Shown piece by piece: positions 10,583 to 20,705 of a stretch of 64,000 nucleotides of DNA (the first letter of the stretch is position 1; every line of letters starts with the position of its first letter). The notes under the pieces were generated by a model. It was not told the origin of the DNA and did no database searches. It saw nothing but the letters and a program-made list of their open reading frames with translations. The stretch lies in assembly GCA_007693555.1 (NCBI GenBank), contig REDJ01000063.1, forward strand, positions 9,062-73,061, read 5' to 3'. The stretch is from Bacteroidota bacterium (GTDB lineage: Bacteria; Bacteroidota; Bacteroidia; Bacteroidales; UBA7960). A program made the position numbers and the translations under genes.

Positions 10583-10639
10583 AACTTACATGAGCAACGT
10601 GCTTACAATAGAAAATGGATAAGTTCATTCATGTAAGTT
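10583..10639 (+). promoter_or_regulatory. 11-bp perfect inverted repeat (aacttacatga / tcatgtaagtt) with a 35-nt spacer, inside a cluster of AAGTT/AACTT pentamers upstream of the small Cys-peptide ORF
   Basis: Read directly. Arms are at 10583..10593 and 10629..10639. AAGTT or its complement AACTT occurs at 10559, 10565, 10583, 10621 and 10635. Confidence 0.4.
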
Positions 10640-10650
10640 CCATCAGTCCA

Positions 10651-10779
10651 ATGAACAAACTAAATTATTTTCTGATGAAAACTCTTGTAAAAAAAGCACA
10701 AAAGAAAGTTAAAACCGACAAAAAACAAGCACAATGCTGTGCCAAACTATCGCCAAATCAGGTAGGTTGCCACGATTAA
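10651..10779 (+). CDS. candidate RiPP precursor peptide (Lys-rich leader, Cys-containing C-terminus)
   Basis: Not in the track (<60 aa). Sequence is MNKLNYFLMKTLVKKAQKKVKTDKKQAQCCAKLSPNQVGCHD, with stop at 10777..10779. In-frame alternative starts are at 10615 (54 aa) and 10675 (34 aa). It ends 36 nt before the radical SAM/SPASM gene on the same strand. Confidence 0.5.
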   Translation: MNKLNYFLMKTLVKKAQKKVKTDKKQAQCCAKLSPNQVGCHD

Positions 10780-10815
10780 ACCATTTTCACATTTCCGGAT
10801 AATTCACCAACTGTA

Positions 10816-12123
10816 ATGCTTAAACCTTCCAGGCACAACATCATTGCACCTTTAAAAGAAGGTAAGGAATACATTATTGTTAATATTTTATCCGGAAATG
10901 CTGATATCCTTTCCGGAGAGGAGCTCGCATTTCTTAATCATCCCAATGAGGGGAATTACCCTAATGAATTTATTGAAAAAGGCTATGTTGCTGACCCGCA
11001 GAAAGAAGATCTCGATTATCGTCTGAAGTATATCGAGTTTCTTGAAGAACGGGAAAAGGAGGAAATGCAACTGTTTTTCGTACCCACCTATGCATGTAAT
11101 TTCACCTGCTCCTATTGCTATCAAAGTGGTTACCCTGATAAAAATCTTTCTTTTTCAAGAGAAGTTACGGATGCCTTCTTTGATTTTATCGGGCAACAAT
11201 TCGCCCACAGAAAAAAATATATCACCCTTTTTGGTGGTGAACCGCTTCTGAGCTCCCAATCCTACAAGGAAAGTCTGTCTTATTTCATTGAAAAGACCGT
11301 AGCTCGTAAACTGGATATTGCTATAGTTACCAATGGTTATTTCCTGGAAGAGTACCTTGATATCCTTGTTCCTGGCAGCACACGCGAAATACAAATCACC
11401 CTGGACGGTACACGCGATATGCACAACCGCCGCAGGAAACTAAAAAACAACAGTCCTACCTTCGACAAAATTGTTGAAAACATTGATGCCTGCCTGCAAA
11501 AACAAATTCCTGTAAATCTGCGCATGGTGGTGGACCGGGAAAATATGGATGATCTGCCGGCCCTTGCAGATTTTGCCATTGAAAAAGGCTGGGCAGACCA
11601 TCCCCTGTTCAAAACCCAGATAGGCAGAAATTACGAATTGCATTATTGTCAGAATGGAAAATCCCAGCTTTTTAACCGGCTCTCACTATATCAGGAGTTA
11701 CTGGGATTGATAAAAAAACATCCTCAGATTGTCCGTTTTCACAAGCCTGCATTTTCAGTAATGAAATTTTTGCAGGAAAATGGTGAGTTGCCCAAGCCCC
11801 TTTTTGATGCATGCCCGGCCTGCAAAAGTGAATGGGCCATGGATTATACAGGAAGTATTTACTCATGCACTGCCACAGTTGGCAAACCCGGCGAAAAACT
11901 GGGAACTTTCCACCCGAAAGTTGAGTTATTCGATGAGAAAATCAAAAACTGGCAGCAGCGCGATATCATGCACATTGAAGATTGCCGCAATTGTAACCTG
12001 CAACTGATCTGTGGCGGAGGCTGCGGCTCCATTGCTTTCAACCAGAACCAAAACATTCTGTCACCCGACTGCCGACCCATCGGAGAGCTTATCAGCCTGG
12101 GAGCAGAAGCTTATTTCAAGTAA
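10816..12123 (+). CDS. radical SAM/SPASM-domain enzyme (peptide-maturase-like)
   Basis: 435 aa with CX3CX2C at YACNFTCSYCYQ. It has the full SPASM pattern CX9GX4C (CKSEWAMDYTGSIYSC), then CX2CX5CX3C (CRNCNLQLICGGGC), then a distal Cys (SPDC). An N-terminal extension of about 85 aa (SRHNIIAPLKEGKEYIIVNILSGNADILSGEE) looks like those of sactisynthase/ranthipeptide-type maturases. Confidence 0.85.
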   Translation: MLKPSRHNIIAPLKEGKEYIIVNILSGNADILSGEELAFLNHPNEGNYPNEFIEKGYVADPQKEDLDYRLKYIEFLEEREKEEMQLFFVPTYACNFTCSYCYQSGYPDKNLSFSREVTDAFFDFIGQQFAHRKKYITLFGGEPLLSSQSYKESLSYFIEKTVARKLDIAIVTNGYFLEEYLDILVPGSTREIQITLDGTRDMHNRRRKLKNNSPTFDKIVENIDACLQKQIPVNLRMVVDRENMDDLPALADFAIEKGWADHPLFKTQIGRNYELHYCQNGKSQLFNRLSLYQELLGLIKKHPQIVRFHKPAFSVMKFLQENGELPKPLFDACPACKSEWAMDYTGSIYSCTATVGKPGEKLGTFHPKVELFDEKIKNWQQRDIMHIEDCRNCNLQLICGGGCGSIAFNQNQNILSPDCRPIGELISLGAEAYFK

Positions 12124-12148
12124 CCGCTGAGACGGAGAAACGCGGAGT

Positions 12149-12228
12149 TTTCTCCGGGTACGACTCCGGTTCGTGCCCGGAGTTATTTGGGATTTCTCCG
12201 GGTACGACTCCGGTTCGTGCCCGGAGTT
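12149..12228 (+). repeat. two identical 36-nt copies (44-bp period) of a hairpin-forming element directly after the rSAM stop
   Basis: tttctccgggtacgactccggttcgtgcccggagtt occurs at 12149..12184 and 12193..12228. Each copy folds as ctccgggtacga / tcgtgcccggag, a 12-bp stem with one G-U pair. Confidence 0.85.
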
Positions 12229-12480
12229 TAGAGTTTAAGGGATTGCATCCCTCCAATCAATCCTGATATCTGATACCTGGCTGCAACAAGCTGTTTTTTA
12301 TTAGGCAACCCAGCGGGGTTGTCAGGGATGCCATCCCAGTCCGTTGGGTTTTCAATTTCCGGTTTTGATATTAGCAGCACTGGCGGGACTCTTAGCTCGT
12401 TTGGCTTTTTTACATCTCCCTAACCCCGTTGACTTCGTCGAACCCTTCGGGTTTCAAAAGGGGGAGTTGGCCGACAATTA

Positions 12481-12522
12481 CTTCCGTCTTCGGACTTCGT
12501 ACTTCGGTCTTCAGTCTTCAGT
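12481..12522 (+). repeat. heptanucleotide tandem repeat (CTTCNGN) x6
   Basis: Read directly: cttccgt cttcgga cttcgta cttcggt cttcagt cttcagt. Confidence 0.85.
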
Positions 12523-12649
12523 ATTACCCTGTTTTAACCAGATGAACAAGAACGAAAATTTTTTCAATTGTTTATTCCCGTTAGTTGCTCTTATTGCAGG
12601 TAGATGTTTTTTTACTAATTTTGGCAGCCGGGAAAGAGGGGCATTGCCT

Positions 12650-12680
12650 GGTTGAACAATATCTCAACCGGTCTTTTTTT
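12650..12680 (+). terminator. candidate rho-independent terminator
   Basis: Stem ggttga / tcaacc (extendable with a bulge), 8-nt loop, followed by gtcttttttt. Confidence 0.5.
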
Positions 12681-12695
12681 ATCTCAGATACCGTG

Positions 12696-13247
12696 ATGAA
12701 TACCATGATGATAGCTTACAATTATATATCAGGACTCTTTTTGGGAAAAAGGTTATTACTCGTTATCCTGCTTCCGGTTTTACTCATTTCATGTCTGAAC
12801 GAGGAGTTATGTGAGGATGTGGAAACAGTGCCGGTAAGAATTGGTTTTTATGCTGTAATTGAAAACGAGGAAGAGCCCGTTAACCTGATTGTAGACAGTT
12901 TAAAAGTGCATGGGCTTGGGAAAGATTCACTTATTTACAATTACCAGCGAAATATCAGCAGGATAGAATTGCCGCTAAACTCCAGCGCAGATAGCTCCGC
13001 ATTTATACTCTATTTTCCGGCGCCCCCGGAATTTTCTCATCTGGCAAAAGATACAATCTGGTTTTACTATGAAGTTTTACCTACACTGATTTCAATGGAA
13101 TGCGGGTTCGTTAGTTTTTTTGAGCTGAAAGAGGTAAAACATAGCCGGATGTTTATTGATAGTATTTTCATAGAAGAAGTTTCTGTAACCAACATATTGG
13201 ATGAACACATCAAGATTTTTCCTTTTATTGACGATGGTGACAATTAG
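12696..13247 (+). CDS. hypothetical lipoprotein
   Basis: In-frame ATG at 12696 gives MNTMMIAYNYISGLFLGKRLLLVILLPVLLISC with a lipobox (LISC). The upstream part of the track ORF (from 12585) crosses the terminator-like hairpin. I cannot assign a family by eye. Confidence 0.6.
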   Translation: MNTMMIAYNYISGLFLGKRLLLVILLPVLLISCLNEELCEDVETVPVRIGFYAVIENEEEPVNLIVDSLKVHGLGKDSLIYNYQRNISRIELPLNSSADSSAFILYFPAPPEFSHLAKDTIWFYYEVLPTLISMECGFVSFFELKEVKHSRMFIDSIFIEEVSVTNILDEHIKIFPFIDDGDN

Positions 13248-13878
13248 TGTTACCCTGTCAGCACAAAATGAGCAAGAACCCGATACACTGGTAAAGGAAC
13301 CTGCAGTGGTACCTTTTATCAGACTGGGTTTTGATGTGTCTTCAGTGGCCAGGGCTTTTACAGAACCTGAAGTCAGGCAGTTTGAAATATCAGCTGACTC
13401 AGAGTTGCTCAGAAACTGGTTTTTTAACCTGGAAGGAGGAATTCTGATGGTAAATTCGGAACAGGAAAGTTTTACATATAATGCATCGGGCTTTTTTTTC
13501 AGAACAGGAGTTGATTTCAATTTACTCGGCCGACCTCATGCCGAACAAAACGATCTTGTTTTAATAGGATTCAGGTATGCATACAGTTCTCTCTGGCATG
13601 AAGCACCCTTTTATTTGCTGGATAATCCTTACTGGGGAAGTCATACCGGCAGTATTGACAGGAGCAGTTATTATGCCCATTGGGTGGAATTTGCAGGTGG
13701 TGTAAAAACGGAAGTTTTCAAGAATTTCTTCCTCGGATGGACCCTCAGAACGAGGATTCCGCTAGTAAAAACCAAAGACCCTGAAATTCAACCTTATTAT
13801 ATTGGAGGATTTGGCCAGGGAAAAAGAAGAGCCCCTGTAATGGTGCACTTTTCGGCTTTCTATAAACTGGGACTTTAA
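13201..13878 (+). CDS. hypothetical secreted protein, possibly a small outer-membrane beta-barrel
   Basis: 225 aa with signal peptide MNTSRFFLLLTMVTISVTLSAQ, alternating aromatic/hydrophilic pattern and a C-terminal FSAFYKLGL. It overlaps the preceding lipoprotein gene by 47 nt. Confidence 0.6.
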   Translation: MNTSRFFLLLTMVTISVTLSAQNEQEPDTLVKEPAVVPFIRLGFDVSSVARAFTEPEVRQFEISADSELLRNWFFNLEGGILMVNSEQESFTYNASGFFFRTGVDFNLLGRPHAEQNDLVLIGFRYAYSSLWHEAPFYLLDNPYWGSHTGSIDRSSYYAHWVEFAGGVKTEVFKNFFLGWTLRTRIPLVKTKDPEIQPYYIGGFGQGKRRAPVMVHFSAFYKLGL

Positions 13879-13885
13879 TCAGAGC

Positions 13886-15220
13886 CTATTTCCCGGTTGC
13901 CTTAATATATTCCAGCAAAATATTGTTGAGTTCTGAAAGTTTGAATTCGGATTCTTTGAGTTTCTCATTGATTTGACCCAATTCCATGTTTTTTTCTTCA
14001 ATGGTCTGGTAGGCTTTCTGAGCATCATCTCTTGCAGCCTCAAGTTCTTCTATCAATTCCTTTATCTGTGAAATATCCCTGAAGATGCAAAACCAGCCAT
14101 TCATATCGTCTTCTGAAGAATTTTGTTGCAAAGAGGCCGTCATTTGAAGCTGTTTCTTTTGCGAGGATTTTGTCCGGATGCTGATTTCCCTTGAAATTTT
14201 TTCACCAGGTTTGATTTTTCTAAAGCTTTCCATGAGGTTTTCCATCTCTCCGGTTCCGGTAACAAACTCAGAAAAGTTTTTGTCGGTCAGCTCATCTGTT
14301 TCAAAAATCTCTTTCATTGCCTCGTTGCAAAACACGATATCATAGGTCATATCAATTACTGCAATACCCTCACCCAGGTTTTCTATCAGGTTTCGCAGTT
14401 TATCCTCCTGGTCTGCCAGCCTGGCAGCCATTTTTTTGATTTCAGAAATATTCTCACCCACCAGGACATAGGAATTCACAGTACCATTTTCATCCAGAAC
14501 CGGGCTCAGACTTCCGTATAGCCAGATTTTTTCTTCATCTTTACTTTCAATGGAATATTCTCCCCGCCACAAAACAGGGCTGCCATTTTCAAGCACATCT
14601 TTAAAGCCCTGGTTTTGCCTTGTATTAAAAATGGAATCAAAGGATTTTGCAGAGCCGTTTCCTATAATTTCTTCGTATTGAAAACCGGTAATATCGGTAA
14701 AACGGGAATTCATGTAATTAATACGTAGGTCCCTGTCCGTAATTACCACAATGCTCTGACTTTGCTCTATTGCGCTATGAAGCCTGGAGATGGTTTGCCA
14801 CTGGCTCTTAAGCTTTCGCTCCATAAGAATATGACTGGCAACCTTGGTTAATGCCTGTAATAATTTCTCATTATTTACCGGCTTAAGCACATATTCATTT
14901 ATTCCGATATCAATAGCTTTTATTAAAAAATTTGTATCGGTATAAGAACTTGTGATGATAATTTTTACATCGGGATTTATCTGTTTTATTTGCCGGCTCA
15001 TTTCCATTCCATCCATACCGGGCATCCTGATATCGGTTAGGACAATGTCAGGTTTTTCATCCTGGTAAAACTTCATACCTTCCGAACCATCTCTTGCAAC
15101 AGTAATATTATTAAAATATACTGTAAGATAATCCAGTACACTATCCCTTATACCGGAATCATCTTCAACATACAAAACTTTTATATTATCAAATATTTCC
15201 TGAGATGACTGATTTTTCAT
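13886..15220 (-). CDS. response regulator with receiver domain, two PAS domains and a C-terminal coiled coil (no recognisable output domain)
   Basis: REC motifs VLYVEDD and DIVLTDIRMPGMDGME are followed by PAS-like segments (ITGFQYEEIIG..., EGIAVIDMTYDIVFCNEA). The tail is heptad-like (IEELEAARDDAQKAYQTIEEKNMELGQINEKLKESE). ATG at 15220 is preferred to the track's TTG at 15229. Confidence 0.85.
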   Translation of the reverse strand: MKNQSSQEIFDNIKVLYVEDDSGIRDSVLDYLTVYFNNITVARDGSEGMKFYQDEKPDIVLTDIRMPGMDGMEMSRQIKQINPDVKIIITSSYTDTNFLIKAIDIGINEYVLKPVNNEKLLQALTKVASHILMERKLKSQWQTISRLHSAIEQSQSIVVITDRDLRINYMNSRFTDITGFQYEEIIGNGSAKSFDSIFNTRQNQGFKDVLENGSPVLWRGEYSIESKDEEKIWLYGSLSPVLDENGTVNSYVLVGENISEIKKMAARLADQEDKLRNLIENLGEGIAVIDMTYDIVFCNEAMKEIFETDELTDKNFSEFVTGTGEMENLMESFRKIKPGEKISREISIRTKSSQKKQLQMTASLQQNSSEDDMNGWFCIFRDISQIKELIEELEAARDDAQKAYQTIEEKNMELGQINEKLKESEFKLSELNNILLEYIKATGK

Positions 15221-15636
15221 CCGAAACAAATTAGTAGATCTTCATAGGCAATCGTTTTTCCTTAAAAATATTCCTACCCCAATGCCATGACGATATAAAA
15301 ATACATTGAAAGCAATTATTGCCTCCTGCAATTACCAGAACTTTCACTTATAAACAATATTCGTAGAAACCCGTAAAATTGAATATATTATTTCCCCGAA
15401 ATAACACAGCATTTATCGATTTTATTACCGGCCTTATCTGAATAAGTAAGATAACATCATTAAACAGATTTCGAAAAAAGTTATTAACACCTCCACTGCA
15501 ACCCTCTACCTACTGATTTGCTGCACTTTACAAGTACAATATCGATGAAGTTAATTATTTTTTTGTTTTATAAACCCGTATTTTCATCTCCAAAAAGAAG
15601 TTTTTTTATTTTTGAATACCACAAACACCGAGAATC

Positions 15637-16824
15637 TTGAATAAAACAATAAAACGTATCACACTGTCATGCATTCTTGTGTTATGCAATTTGATGTATC
15701 CTGTTTCCGCATCAGAAGGGCATTCATATTTTACGTTTTCCCATGGGTATTTACAACCAAACCTCAATATGCCTCCGGTTTCATATTCCCAGGATATACA
15801 GGTTAAAAATTCCGATAATTTTTTCCTTCATTCGTCATTTTATACGTATGAATACTCCACATTAAGTAATCATGCTCAACTAAGTATAATTCCGGATATT
15901 GACCGTTACCTGATATTTTTGCAGATTTTGCCAAAAGATAATCCCGGAATACTGCCATGGATAGTGCTTATTTTGGTATTTACAATTATTAGTATTATAG
16001 CTTTCAGGATTTTAAATCAACAAACTTTCAAAAGAAAAAAATATCTGGAAGCGAAGATTAAAAAACGAACCCGGGAGATTGTCAGAAAACAAAAGGAGAT
16101 TGAATCCGAAAAAGAAAGATCAGATGCTTTACTAAGAAATATATTGCCTGCAAAAATTGCTTCAGAACTCAAGCTTAACGGAAAGGTAAAAGTACAATAT
16201 TATGATCTGGCCAGTGTTTTATTTATAGATTTCAAGGATTTTTCCAGGTTTTCTCAGTTTTTGAATCCGATGGTGCTTATCAATGAATTAAACAAAAATT
16301 TTTGCGAATTTGATGATATTACGGAGAAACATCGTTTGGAGAAAATAAAAACCATTGGTGACGCGTATATGTGTGCAGGAGGTATTCCGGAACCAAATCT
16401 GACCAACCCTTTTGATGCCATACTTGCTGCTTTTGAAATTTTGAATTATCTTAATAAAGCTGAAGATGATCAATGGCTGTGCAATGTAAGAATTGGTATT
16501 CATACAGGAGAAATACTGGCCGGAGTGATTGGCAAAAACAAATTTGCCTACGATATCTGGGGGGAGGCGGTCAACACAGCAAGCCGAATGGAAAGTTCAG
16601 GAGAAGCCGGTAAAATAAATATATCGGGAGAAACACAAGCTTTGGTTGCTGATTTCTTTGATTTTGAATACAGGGGAAAGCTGGAAGCAAAACACAGAAA
16701 TGAGTTTGATATGTATTTTGTTAACCGGATAAAAAAACCTTACAGTAAAGATGAAAACGGAACTATACCAAATGAACTTTTCTGGAAAAAGGTTAATTGT
16801 CATATAAATAAAGTTGCTATCTGA
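15637..16824 (+). CDS. membrane-anchored class III adenylate cyclase
   Basis: 395 aa with an N-terminal signal-like segment, a predicted extracytoplasmic region, one TM (ILPWIVLILVFTIISIIAF) and a coiled coil. The cyclase domain has metal-binding Asp residues (FIDFKDF, KTIGDAYM) and FAYDIWGEAVNTASRMES. Lys (KTIGD) and Asp (YDIWG) indicate ATP specificity. The start codon is TTG. Confidence 0.88.
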   Translation: MNKTIKRITLSCILVLCNLMYPVSASEGHSYFTFSHGYLQPNLNMPPVSYSQDIQVKNSDNFFLHSSFYTYEYSTLSNHAQLSIIPDIDRYLIFLQILPKDNPGILPWIVLILVFTIISIIAFRILNQQTFKRKKYLEAKIKKRTREIVRKQKEIESEKERSDALLRNILPAKIASELKLNGKVKVQYYDLASVLFIDFKDFSRFSQFLNPMVLINELNKNFCEFDDITEKHRLEKIKTIGDAYMCAGGIPEPNLTNPFDAILAAFEILNYLNKAEDDQWLCNVRIGIHTGEILAGVIGKNKFAYDIWGEAVNTASRMESSGEAGKINISGETQALVADFFDFEYRGKLEAKHRNEFDMYFVNRIKKPYSKDENGTIPNELFWKKVNCHINKVAI

Positions 16825-16960
16825 TTATCAGCTATGGCTTATTGACTGAAATCCGGTTATCAGAAAAAAATAAAAAAAATAGTCATAAATAGCTATATAG
16901 TAAGATTCATTATACTTAAATTTGACCCTTAATTAATAACCTGGTTTAATTACATCAATT

Positions 16961-17596
16961 ATGAATTTAAAATCAGTTAAATCAGTAGTTTTAGGCAAGC
17001 TTAAAAAAGAACTTAAGCCAAGTTTATATTATCATAACTACCAGCATACCCTCGATGTGTGTGAGTCGGTTGACCGTTTGGCAGAAATGGAGAATATTAA
17101 CGGGCAGGACTTGTTGTTATTGCAAACGGCTGCATTGTTTCATGATACAGGTTTTATCTGGAGATATGAAAACAATGAAGAACTTGCTTGTGAGTACAGC
17201 CGGGAAATACTGCCTGGATTTGAATATAAAGACAAACATATCGATCGCATATGCAGCATGATAATGGCTACACAGATTCCCCAAAAACCAGAGGATAAGA
17301 TGGGAATGATTCTATGTGATGCAGACCTTGACTATATCGGTAGAGGAGATTTTTTTATTACAGCTCTCAGACTTCACAGAGAATGGAGTGAAAACAGCAA
17401 TCAGAAAATCACTTTTAAAAACTGGTATTTGAAGCAACAAAGCTTTATTCTCCAGCACGATTACTTTACCGAATCAGCAAAAAATTTGCGCGACAACACC
17501 AAACAACACAATTTATCACAGGTAAAAGAATTGCTTAACCTGCTGGATTCAACCACAGCCGAAACGGTAGGTTCATTGTCAAGTGCACTGAAATAA
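16961..17596 (+). CDS. HD-domain metal-dependent phosphohydrolase
   Basis: 211 aa with YHNYQHTLDV, AALFHDTGF and CDADLDYIG, the H...HD...D pattern. Confidence 0.8.
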   Translation: MNLKSVKSVVLGKLKKELKPSLYYHNYQHTLDVCESVDRLAEMENINGQDLLLLQTAALFHDTGFIWRYENNEELACEYSREILPGFEYKDKHIDRICSMIMATQIPQKPEDKMGMILCDADLDYIGRGDFFITALRLHREWSENSNQKITFKNWYLKQQSFILQHDYFTESAKNLRDNTKQHNLSQVKELLNLLDSTTAETVGSLSSALK

Positions 17597-17700
17597 TAAG
17601 TAATACAAAAATGTTTTGTTTAACTTTTTTTCGTACATTGGCCTGTTTTTTTAACTTTAAATCCCAATAAACCTTGCAACACAACAAATAACCCCAGAAA

Positions 17701-18552
17701 ATGGAAAATGAAAACAACAATGTAATCCTTGTTGCATACGATTTTACAAGCATAGGAGACATTGCCATCGAGAATGCCATTCAAATGGCAAAGGTTCTGA
17801 GTTATAAAATAAATTTGCTTCATGTAATTAATAAAACCACCAAAAGTGATTTAAAAAAGAGCAATCAGCCCCTGGAATCTATTTCAGAAAAACTGAAGGT
17901 TTTAACTGAAAAAATAAAAAGCGAACACAATATAGATGCGGATTATACGGCACGCGATGGTAGCATTTTCACAACCATAGCTGATGAAAGTAAAAGGATA
18001 GGTGCAAACTTCCTGGTTTTTGGCACCCATGGTAAGAGAGGGATACAATTCCTGCTTGGAAGTTTTGCAGTAAAACTCATCAAGAGTTGTCCTGTACCTG
18101 TCTTTGTGGTGCAAAAACCTGCCAATCAATCTACTTTTAAAGACATTATTTTTCCCCTTGACCTTCAACCCGGCTCAAAGCAAAAAGTAAAATGGGCCAT
18201 TGCACTACATAAACAATTCAATTGCAGATTCCATATTTTCGCTGACTCATACCCTGACGAATATATTCAAAACCGGTTGAGAGCCGACCTGAAACAGATA
18301 AAAAAGATCCTGGAGAAACACAATATTGAATATACAGAGAACCACTCTGGTTCAAAAAATAAATTTGCAATGCAAATTATTTCATTCGCGCATAAAACCA
18401 ATGCCGATATGATCATGATCTCCACTGACCCTGATAAAATTACCTGGAGCCTTTGGGGCTCAATGGATGAGAGGATTATTTATAATAATAAGAAAATACC
18501 GGTATTGTGTATAAATGCGCAGGATTTAAGGGTAATTATCGGTGGATTATAA
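17701..18552 (+). CDS. tandem universal stress protein (UspA family)
   Basis: 283 aa with two Usp-like halves. The first has the ATP-binding-type motif VFGTHGKRGIQFLLGSFAVKLI. Confidence 0.8.
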   Translation: MENENNNVILVAYDFTSIGDIAIENAIQMAKVLSYKINLLHVINKTTKSDLKKSNQPLESISEKLKVLTEKIKSEHNIDADYTARDGSIFTTIADESKRIGANFLVFGTHGKRGIQFLLGSFAVKLIKSCPVPVFVVQKPANQSTFKDIIFPLDLQPGSKQKVKWAIALHKQFNCRFHIFADSYPDEYIQNRLRADLKQIKKILEKHNIEYTENHSGSKNKFAMQIISFAHKTNADMIMISTDPDKITWSLWGSMDERIIYNNKKIPVLCINAQDLRVIIGGL

Positions 18553-18584
18553 ATATTAAGGAATACAAAATAAACTATAAATAA

Positions 18585-20702
<2,118 letters not shown>

Positions 20703-20705
20703 AGT

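Noticed and set aside
9876-12123. ArsM-ArsS (arsenosugar) pair
   Set aside because: ArsS-type radical SAM enzymes, as I recall them, lack the SPASM CX2CX5CX3C module and the N-terminal peptide-binding-like extension seen here. A small Cys peptide ORF also intervenes. This is kept only as an alternative to test.
12149-12228. Possible CRISPR array (repeated palindromic units)
   Set aside because: There are only two copies, the spacer is 8 nt, and the window has no cas genes. A REP-like hairpin duplication explains it better.
12344-12655. 103-aa ORF in the spacer after the rSAM gene
   Set aside because: The frame runs through the hairpin mosaic and the heptamer microsatellite. The translation looks like read-through of repeats. 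Only its last 37 codons are kept, as a low-confidence observation.
15637-17596. Cyclase plus neighbouring gene as a Pycsar/CBASS-type antiphage system
   Set aside because: The cyclase is a membrane-anchored class III enzyme with ATP-specifying residues. The neighbour is a plain HD hydrolase with no cyclic-nucleotide-binding, TIR, pore-forming or nuclease effector domain. The context is core housekeeping.
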